A DNA stretch of 35,767 nt, taken from positions 1-35,767 of the forward strand of contig DF237708.1 of NCBI GenBank assembly GCA_000708835.1. Reading direction: 5' to 3'. This document shows positions 22,901-35,767 of this stretch, piece after piece. Within the stretch, counting starts at the first letter, position 1. The number at the start of each line of letters is the position of its first letter. A program made the position numbers and the translations under genes. The notes under the pieces were generated by a model. It was not told where the DNA came from. It saw only the letters and a list, made by a program, of their open reading frames with translations, and made no database searches. This DNA comes from Klebsormidium nitens. Its lineage: Eukaryota > Plantae > Klebsormidiophyceae.

Positions 22901-25900
22901 CGCTTTTGGACTGCATCCGGACGTTGGGTAGAACAGAGAACACTTTTTGTGTTAAGCTTGTGGCCAACTCCGCTACCGAAAAGAGCTTGATTGCTAAAAA
23001 GCGAATCGTGAAATATATCCAGCACAAGAGCGAAAAAAAGCGAGGACGCAGAGAAGATGGAATAGCAGTAAGTCGCTTACCTCAATGACGGCGTCGACCC
23101 CGTTGAAGTCCTTGTACTCAAGCGTGGGCTTGACCAGCTGCATGGTCTTGTTGTACTTGTCCTCGGTCATGCTGCCCTTCTTGACGCGGCTCTTCAGATT
23201 CGCTGCATACGGAGGAGCGTGTTCTTCGTGAGTGAAGCAGCTCCTAAGTACTAAGCCCTGAAAGAGCAGAAACCCTGAAGTGAGGACACGATGAACGAGA
23301 GGGGAGCAACGTCTATGTGCAAGCAAAATCTCTTTGAAGCAACCGGCGGGAGGTTGACTAGGTGGAACCAACAAAAAGCGCCGAGAAGCCTTGTGAAACA
23401 GTTGCCTGTTAGCTCACCTGCAATCCTGTCTACGCCGGCTTGCAGGAAGTCCTGGTTGACCTCCTTAAGGAGCACGGGGATGCCGGCAAGCACGAGAGCC
23501 GTTGCAATGCCTGAACCCATGAGACCACCGCCGATGATGGCGACTGAGCGAATCGGGCGCGGCTTCAGCCCTTTGTCGGTGACACCCGCGACCTGCGCGA
23601 AATGCAGCTCGATTGGTATGAATGGCAACAACTTTTAAATCTCAGTCTCGTGACGCTTATAAGCGATCCTGCCGGTCCTGCTTCTTGCAGTACGCGCAAT
23701 CATTGCCCGTTCGTCCATTCATTCTTCCATTAGAACGTCGAGAATGAAAAGCTCTTCAGAATCTGGTCACGGCTTCCACCATAGCTGCGGAACGGCGAAT
23801 GCTCTCTCTTTTCATTCCCTTTGTGACCATGTAAACAAACGAAGTTGTCTTCCTAATACGTTCGATGATTTGCAGGTCGCAGGGAGCGAACATATTCAAT
23901 GTGGTTTAGAGGCTGCTCAGAGAGATGAGTAGAGTACCTGAGCGACATTCAGATACGACAACTCGAACGGAGCTGGTTATCCCACAGCTTACAAGCAGAT
24001 TTTGGACCTGTGGCAGCTTCCTTACCTTGGTCGTAGCCCGCTGGGCAAAGAAGACGTGAGTGAGCGCCTTCGATGTATCCGACAGCACGAGCTCCTTGAA
24101 CACCTCTGCCTCCTGTAAGGAAGCAATCAGGTAGGTACGTCATCTGGCTGGCTTCTGCAGATTCTATGTTTTCTGCACGGACTTGCGGACAGATCAACGG
24201 TAATCGGCTGATACATCATAAGGCTACACAAAGTTTCAAATTTTTCTGCAGCAGCCAACAAACAGTTCTCTGAAAGCGAAACCGGCCCACAGTTCCACAT
24301 AAAGCCGTTTCAAGACTCTTGAAGCCAGAAGGCAGGAAGGAATGGACGACAGGGTGCGGTGTACGCTTATTCTCGACGTTACGTACCTTCCTGTTCCCCT
24401 CGTAACCCCCGTGCCGAACCCCAGCCTCCACTGCATCCAGGCAGGCTTGCGGATGATTGACATTGGGGGCGGTTGCACGGGCCTGCTTTCTTGCAAACTT
24501 GATGATTTCGAGGGCATCATCCAGCTCTTCTATCTTGTCACTTCTTTCGAGCGATTTGACGAGAGGTCTTCGCCCACTGGCGAGATCGAGAGCGACCTTC
24601 CTCGCAGCACTGAGTAGCTGATTGAGAGGGACAATCTCATCGATCAGGCCCAGCTCTTTGCCCTCTTCGGCCTTGATTGGCTTGGACAGCTGCAGCAGAG
24701 ATACAGACGGTCGATGTTACTGTACTCATCATGTCTGCGAACCCCGCCTTTTGGCATCTCGATGCTAATTAAGCGTTTGTCTAGTGCCGCAAAGGATTCA
24801 GCAAGACCAGATGATGTTGCCATGGGTTTCATGGTGCCATGGTGATTTGAAGGACGAATATTCGCTAGTAAGTAAGCCAAAAGCCTTGAGGAGGATACTC
24901 ACCAGCATCATTTCTACTGCTTTCGCCAGACCAGTAAGCCGAGGCAGGCGCTGTGTTCCTGCATTAGCGGATACACATTGAGTAAGTTCGATATCACATT
25001 CCATCAACCTGTTGCCAAGGATGTGATCGAGTACAGGAAGTAAGTTGTACGCCTGCAACATTTGCTTATGCCAGCCTCAGCATATGCTCATTCGAAATGC
25101 GGTTGATGGAGAGCTTGAGTGTTTTCAAGAACCCTCACCTCCAAAACCAGGGATGATGCCAAGGGTCAATTCCGGCAGTCCAAGTTGTGCCTTAGGGGCT
25201 GAAAGGCGTGCATGACAAGACTGCACAGACGGCGCGCAAGTTGATATGAGCGCCTGATTCATCTTGCTGAGAGCATCGTCTTAAGTTAGAGAGCACCATT
25301 GACTCACCGCCTTCTATTCAGTGAAATATTTCTCAAGCCCCTTCTTCAATTCATCAATCTGCAATCAAGGACTGCAACACTGAAGACCCTCAGCCAATAC
25401 ATCAGAGGCATCAGTGGGGAACATATCCATGAGATTACAAGAAACCTCACCATTGCTAGCTCGAGGCCTCCACCCAATGCAAGCCCCTCAATCGCAGCCA
25501 CAGCAGGCTTCGGCCCAGCTGCAACGACATTAGAACAACCTTCAGATCCTTTCAGATGTTTAGTGGAAGAGCTCACTCAAGGCCCTCCGCCGCAGCCACA
25601 GCAAAACAAGACAATGAAACAGAAAGATCAGCTTCTTTGCTGACACTTGAGGCAAAAGCAATGACCACCTTGCGGATGTCACCGGTGGAAAAGCAGGGAG
25701 GGTTTCAGAGGGCAAAGTCAGGCCTGACTTACACTCGACAGTCTTGATCATTAGGTCCGTTGAGACGTCGCCGAGCGAGGCAATTTCACCTGCATAAGGT
25801 GAGGGATATCAACAACAGCAGAAGCACCTCGATCGGACAAATTACTCAATAAAGCAGGTTGCAGAGCTTCTGTACATACCAGCATTCTTCTAACTTTCTA

Positions 25901-26673
25901 GCTCACCTCTCTCCTGCTGCTGCACGATAGCACTGATGTCAAAGCCGCCAGAGAACCTGCCGTTGGCTCCTGCAATCCAGTCCACCAAATATGATGAGAT
26001 GCTGTGAAATTCCTTGCAGATATGCAGAAATGGACTCTGCCACTGATGCTTTTTTAGTGGCTTCAATACTTTTAAGATTGTCCATCGGTATTTTACGACT
26101 AGTTTTGATGATGGTTCTCATATAATTTTATAGGCGTTCAACTTGGATGAGGGCCACCAAGCAGAGAAGCTGACAAGGAAGGAGGGGAGCGGAGGGGAGC
26201 TAATACAGTTGCGAGCGAAAGATCTTACCTGTGACTACGATGGCCTTGACGTCCTTGCGGTGGTGCGCTTCATCAAAAGCTTCTTTCAGGCCTTTTAGCA
26301 CTGCATGTCGAAGAGTGCCAAGTCAACGATGAAACAACAAGATGGCAAGGATGGCTAGATACGAATCGGGAGCAGGGTGGTGGTGCAGATGAACAGCTGA
26401 GACAGCGATTGCAACATTGACAGCAAACTATGACATAAGGACCCTGCAGGAGTAACCAGCATGCCAAGTCAACACAAAAGTTTTGATTGAGAACTTCACA
26501 AGCAATCCAGGCACAAACAAGCCAGTCTCACTTTTAATAGCCAATTCAGAAAGGATAATGAGGGATTTCAAGCATCACACACCTGCAGGTGCCAAGGCGT
26601 TCACTGGCGGGTTGTGCATGGTCACTATCATCACTTCATCATGGCCGACCTCAGTAGTCACCCTCGTCGCCAT
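19926..26673 (-). CDS. MFP2: Peroxisomal fatty-acid beta-oxidation multifunctional protein (enoyl-CoA hydratase / 3-hydroxyacyl-CoA dehydrogenase), AIM1/MFP2 type, 18 exons
   Basis: I traced 18 GT-AG-bounded exons, e.g. 26673-26583 (MATRV...NPPVNAL), 26300-26229, 25969-25907, ..., 20305-20167, 19964-19926 (AAPLEDSPRSRL*). Motifs: [84 protein letters not shown]. The C-terminal SRL is a PTS1. AIM1 versus MFP2 orthology cannot be resolved here. Confidence 0.96.
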
Positions 26674-27284
26674 ATTGGCCCCCCCAAAAACCGAAAATGT
26701 AAACGACCAGAGCTAAAGACGTCTCGCTTAGGAAAAGAGAAGGACGAGCAGCTATGGCGCCCTTTTTCTGATCTCAACTGGCCCCTTTCCTCTTTTGCTC
26801 TGATTAGCCTTCACAGGCTTCAGAACACATGGAGCTCTTGTCGTCGTCCTTCTTTGGAGTGCTAGACTCTAGGCAGTGTGTTGCACACACTAGTGTCAAG
26901 CCGGTTGCCAGCTGACTCAGCAACCCTACTTTTCCCCCAAACATCGAACAGCCGACGTCGAAGGTAAGTCGAATCCTGTCTGCGACTAGCGCTCCTGTGC
27001 TGCAATCGACGACGAAATCGTGTGCCGCCGACAGCCGGCGTCCTCGTCAGCAGAGGGCACCTGCACTTTTGAGGGGAAGTTGACACTCGCTCTGCTCGAG
27101 AAGGACTCTGAAGAATCAGCTGACCTCCATCTTCCCAAATTCCTTTGCTGGTGGCCCTGCTGGTGGTGTGACTTGCAAGTTCGCAGTCGGCAGAAGGTTG
27201 CAAGCTCAAACCCTAATTGCTGCTCTGCTGATCAGAAAGGCCTGCCAGCATTGGCCCAAGACGCATTCTTAAAGGATTGCAACC
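26674..27284. promoter_or_regulatory. Probable bidirectional promoter between MFP (-) and thiolase (+)
   Basis: The divergent start codons are separated by 611 nt, which must also hold both 5' UTRs. Confidence 0.6.
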
Positions 27285-31799
<4,515 letters not shown>

Positions 31800-32853
31800 C
31801 AATGCAATTGACATTTTAGGGTAGATCTCCCTACTCTTTTCTTCAGTTTTCATGGTGCTTCTCTTGCATATGCTAGCAATATTTGCTCTGAAGAGCACGT
31901 GTATCTGATATGGTTACAAGTCTGCTGTACGGTCCATCACGTGGCTCTGCACCTGTCAACTCGATGACTTGAGGAAGCCCGTTCTGTTGCAAAGTTGGGC
32001 TCTGCATATCGATGTTGATCTTAGAACAGGTGTACTGGAGCTTCGATCTGTAATCAGCAACAACATGTTCAGAACATGATTCGTAGTGAGATTTATTTAG
32101 GTTCTTGGGCCGTCCATATAGGGACCACATAGCTAGTGTCCGGTAGATCCTTCCAATCAGATGACGTAATGGCATAAGCGGCTTAAGAGTGAGGGCGGCG
32201 CACGCCGACTCAGCAAGCATCGTTAACTGTATATGACGTGGCGGCGCTGAGAATGAAAGCCCCATACAATAAGGCATGCATTGCCGCACGTGCATGTATA
32301 CGAACGAATTTTTCCATGTTTTCATATGGAAATTAGCTTAGCTTCCTTAAATTGCAAATTTAAGTTTCTGAGAGTTGTTGCACTGGCATGCATGCGCCTG
32401 AATCTCGCATTACGATACAGTCCATCCAAGCTGAATTATAATAGCTTTAGTCCTTCACTAAAGTAGAGAGGCAACGGCATGGGGGCCATCTAGCTGATTT
32501 GGGCCTAAGTGCAATTTGGAGCGGGTCTATAGGAGACTTTTTCCAATAATCAATTGGTGCAATTTAGCTCAGCTCTAGATTTATGCATGGTCTATAAAGA
32601 ACCAACGTGGTGACGTTGGATCAAGGCTGGCATCTTCTCTGCTATATTGTACAAAAGTGTAAAGAGTATTCAAGATCACCAAAGACAGGGACGGTTCGTA
32701 TGGCAGAAAGCGTGCGGGCATGCAGTACCTGGTTTCATTACAATTGCACTACTCTAAAAGCCAAAGCTACTCAGAAAATAAGTTTTAAGTATGTGCCCAA
32801 TGGCACCCAAAGCCCCTTTCGCTCACAAGATTCTTTAGCAGGACTATCAAACC

Positions 32854-34527
32854 TCACTTTGCATTAACAAGAGCTCGACGTCCGGTGTACAGCTTCATCT
32901 GTTTGGCATCTAAGTCCACGTTCCCTAAAATCCTAACACTTGCCTCCCGCAGAAGTTGTGAAGATGCACCCTCGTTTGGTTCCAGAAAGTCAAGAAGCCT
33001 CTGTAATAATTGGGGCACCGCTGGCATCATCTCTCTAAACAGAGCACACTCCGCCAACCGCGCAAGTGCCAGTGCTGATCTTTCCCGGGTCTCAAGGCTC
33101 TCGCTCCAAAGAAGGCCCACCAACTTCTCTACACAACCAGGCACCCTCAGCATATTCTCTACTTTGTCCTCAGACATTGCGTATGCCAAAGAGCACAGGC
33201 AGTGTGCCCCCTGTCCTTGCAACTTTGCATTCCCGCTGTCCAGCAAACCCACAAGCTTCTCTAGGGACTGGGGCGTCGAGGAGAGAGCCTCGGCGCCCTC
33301 AGATTGAGAAGTCAGTTTTGCAAGTGCATCTCCCACAGCTAGTTGCACTTCGGGGTCCACATCATCCAGGAGACTGACCAGGCCCTGGAGAATTTCGGGG
33401 GCATTGAGGAGCAGCGTGCGGGCTTGGATGTCATCTGCTAGACAGGATATGATGGAGGGGACTGAACTCAGTGACTCCAACTCTCTATCAGCCAATGCAT
33501 GGGCCAGCCCCTGTATGCACCCCGGAGCAGTGGCTATAGGGACCTCATGCCCATTGACCAGTGCCAGGCGCTCGAGTATCCACAACGCTCTGTTCCGAAA
33601 TGCCACATCCTGACGGCTGAGGAAAGTAACCACCTTCTGCAGGCACCCAGGAAACCGAAGTACAGCTTGCTGGATCTGCGCCCGAGGGTCCTCCTTAGCA
33701 GCCAACGAACCCAACAAGTTCAACAGGATATATGATCCCGTCAACTCCTTTACGTCATCCCCACTGTACAAAAGACCGACCACCTTTTCCAGGTCCCTTG
33801 GCACCCCAACCCTTCTCGGGCCCTTCAATGGCACTTTCAAATGTCTGCCGTGCCATAAGAAGACTTCTTTCAGTGAGCTGGAGCGGAGTTCACCTTGTTT
33901 GCCGTGTACACTGTGAAGCTCGAGTGTCTCTAGAACGGGGAAGCTCGGCAGGATTGAGCTCAGTGTTTCCACAGACACCGCGAGTTCGGGCACAACCAGG
34001 GTTTGGAGAGCTGCGAAGGGCTTGGGTAGCATTGAGAACTTTAGGCAGTCCGGACCCTCACGCTCACAGTCCCACAGAAAGATGCGAAATGCCACCAGCC
34101 GCTTGCACTCTTGGAGTGAGTGGAAGATTGACTCGCAGTCAATGGGCTCGTCCTCGTCGTCAAGCCCCCAAAATATCAGCTGAATCTCTTCAAGAGTGTC
34201 TAGGCTGAGAGGGATGAAGGATTGAAGGATGGCAGTCAGATCAACCGGGCGGTCCAAGTACAGAGCCACCTTGGTCAACGAGCGTCTGCTCACATCCCCA
34301 GACATGTAGCGCAAGAAGTTCCGCTCATCTTCAATGCAGCCTATCTTCCACTCCAGGCATCCAGTCTTAGAGACCAGAGCTCTGAACGTCTTGCTCACTG
34401 CCTCTAGCTGCAGCCTCTGGTGGGCCTTCTTCGGCTCATAGGATGATGGGCTCCAAAGCAGTCTCTGGAAGATGCTCACTGTCAGCTCTTCACTCAAGCG
34501 GTCAAAGAGGTCCCCTTGCGACTCCAT
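32854..34527 (-). CDS. F-box-like / LRR-like / Armadillo-repeat protein, single exon, ~557 aa
   Basis: Uninterrupted ORF from ATG 34527 (the track start at 34638 is GTG). N-terminal DLFDRLSEELTVSIFQRL...LEAVSKTFRALV is F-box-like. LQTLVVPEL...FPVLETLEL is LRR-like. About six ARM-like units follow (PGCLQKVVTFL, PEILQGLVSLL, PQSLEKLVGLL, PGCVEKLVGLL, PQLLQRLLDFL). Confidence 0.8.
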   Translation of the reverse strand: MESQGDLFDRLSEELTVSIFQRLLWSPSSYEPKKAHQRLQLEAVSKTFRALVSKTGCLEWKIGCIEDERNFLRYMSGDVSRRSLTKVALYLDRPVDLTAILQSFIPLSLDTLEEIQLIFWGLDDEDEPIDCESIFHSLQECKRLVAFRIFLWDCEREGPDCLKFSMLPKPFAALQTLVVPELAVSVETLSSILPSFPVLETLELHSVHGKQGELRSSSLKEVFLWHGRHLKVPLKGPRRVGVPRDLEKVVGLLYSGDDVKELTGSYILLNLLGSLAAKEDPRAQIQQAVLRFPGCLQKVVTFLSRQDVAFRNRALWILERLALVNGHEVPIATAPGCIQGLAHALADRELESLSSVPSIISCLADDIQARTLLLNAPEILQGLVSLLDDVDPEVQLAVGDALAKLTSQSEGAEALSSTPQSLEKLVGLLDSGNAKLQGQGAHCLCSLAYAMSEDKVENMLRVPGCVEKLVGLLWSESLETRERSALALARLAECALFREMMPAVPQLLQRLLDFLEPNEGASSQLLREASVRILGNVDLDAKQMKLYTGRRALVNAK

Positions 34528-34752
34528 TGCGCCCTTGATAATAGCTCTACATATGGACCCACAGTATTTACCCAAGGCCAAAGCCTCAGTGACAGAAGGG
34601 AAAGAGAAGATCGAAGACCAATTGACGTTGATGTTCACAGTTCAGTTCAATGTTGACGCACTCTGGAATACCGGTACTGGTAACTCAGGACTCTGAGCCC
34701 GTGTCAGGAGTTCCATAGGAGTGATTTAACGGGTGAGGGACTTGAGATTCAC

Positions 34753-34850
34753 GAACCCCGACCAAACAAACTACAAACCCTAACCCAAATAGTCACCCGC
34801 TCCGCACCCGAACCTACCCTAACCACCATGCTAAACCTACCCGTCCCCCG
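34753..34850. repeat. Degenerate telomere-like C/A-rich patch including a telo-box AAACCCTAA (34775-34783)
   Basis: Contains CCCTAACC twice, AACCTACCC twice and several CCC runs, with strong strand skew, 230-320 nt upstream of the F-box/ARM ATG. Confidence 0.5.
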
Positions 34851-35500
34851 GGCGCCAATCTTAAGTCACTCTGCAGTTACCAGAGTCACTCTGGACCCTG
34901 GTGCCTGTCTGCTTTGAATTCATTTGATCAAATCCTAACAGTGGCGTCAATGATTTGCATTCAATGTCTCCGTACGGTGTGCTCAGCCTTGCTGCAAGCC
35001 CATTGGGGGTGTCTACCTCAAGGGCCATGTGGCGCAGGTACATCAGGGGTATCGACTGCCTGTGGGCGCGGCGCGAAATCAGCCAAGTGGCGGCTTTGTT
35101 GAAATTGGCTTTGAGCGACGTCGCGAAGGAGGCCAATTTAAGGGCATCTGGTCGCCGTGGGATGTCCAGGGTCCACTTTGTCCGCTTAACCCCACTGGGA
35201 AACCTGGCTTCTAAACCCATGTTCGTTACAGATCTCCGTATGAAGCCCTGGATTTCGCGAAGGCCCAAGACGTCTTTTCCATTTCAAAGGCGTCGAACTG
35301 GAAAGCGAATTTGCATGTAACGTTCGACGGAACAGCCTACTTATTGTGCCACGTAACCTACGTGATTCTCTCACCCACTACATATAAACGACGCGAAGGC
35401 CCAGGGTGTGAACCCTTCATTGTACGGAACACTTGAAAGTGTGATACCTACTGCATGAAGTTATTTACATCAAATGATCATGAAGGTATCGAATAGGTAT

Positions 35501-35767
35501 TTAACCCTTTAACAGCGGCTGTTGCCTTTTGTTGCCTTTCGCAACAACATGGATATATTCGCGTGCCACGGCCTCCAAATCACGGCAAATGACCCCAGCA
35601 CTTCGGGTGGGGTGTTATCGGCCCAAAATAAAAATATAAAAAAAGCAACAAAAAATTTCGGGGGGGTCCGGGCCTATATAAGGACTTGACCCCCCAGTAG
35701 ACTGTTGCCTGTGATGTTGCCCCAGGCAACAGGCCTGCGGGGGGCCAACCGGGCACAATGTAGGTTG
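35501..35767 (+). mobile_element. Probable terminus of a piggyBac-like TIR element or MITE, truncated by the window edge
   Basis: TTAA (35501-35504) is followed directly by CCCTTT, the typical piggyBac end. Then comes the palindrome AACAGC-G-GCTGTT (35511-35523) and seven TGTTGC subterminal motifs in both orientations within ~215 nt. The other TIR and any transposase are not visible. Confidence 0.5.

Noticed and set aside
34861-35320. Overlapping 135-aa (-) and 121-aa (+) ORFs upstream of the F-box gene
   Set aside because: I recognise no family or transposase motif; a BLASTX search would be needed before calling anything.

Overview
Eukaryotic, intron-rich nuclear DNA (all introns I traced are GT-AG). 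The gene content is plant/green-algal; a streptophyte alga such as Klebsormidium is my inference, not a database result. I reconstructed nine protein-coding genes by hand: (+) TXNDC9/phosducin-like PhLP3; (+) two tandem 5-exon paralogs for small secreted Cys-rich PAN/apple-like proteins; (-) an intronless bacterial-type DUF71/Dph6-like ATP pyrophosphatase; (-) CDIN1/C15orf41 nuclease; (+) MTFP1/MTP18; (-) 18-exon peroxisomal beta-oxidation multifunctional protein (AIM1/MFP2 type, PTS1 SRL); (+) AACT/ACAT-type thiolase with a long N-terminal extension; (-) an intronless F-box/LRR/ARM protein. A probable piggyBac-type transposon end runs off the right edge. Most interesting signals: (1) four decayed tandem copies of the CDIN1 exon-4 acceptor region inside intron 3, two still with CAG|GT junctions that would act as poison acceptors or recursive splice sites; (2) MFP and thiolase, consecutive acyl-CoA pathway activities, head-to-head 611 bp apart; (3) the likely horizontally acquired DUF71 gene 300 bp downstream of CDIN1 with an ATG-free spacer (possible bicistronic unit); (4) coordinated divergence of the secreted paralogs (N-glycan sequons, a Cys pair, a frameshifted tail); (5) a CATGCATG-centred patch at every convergent gene junction.
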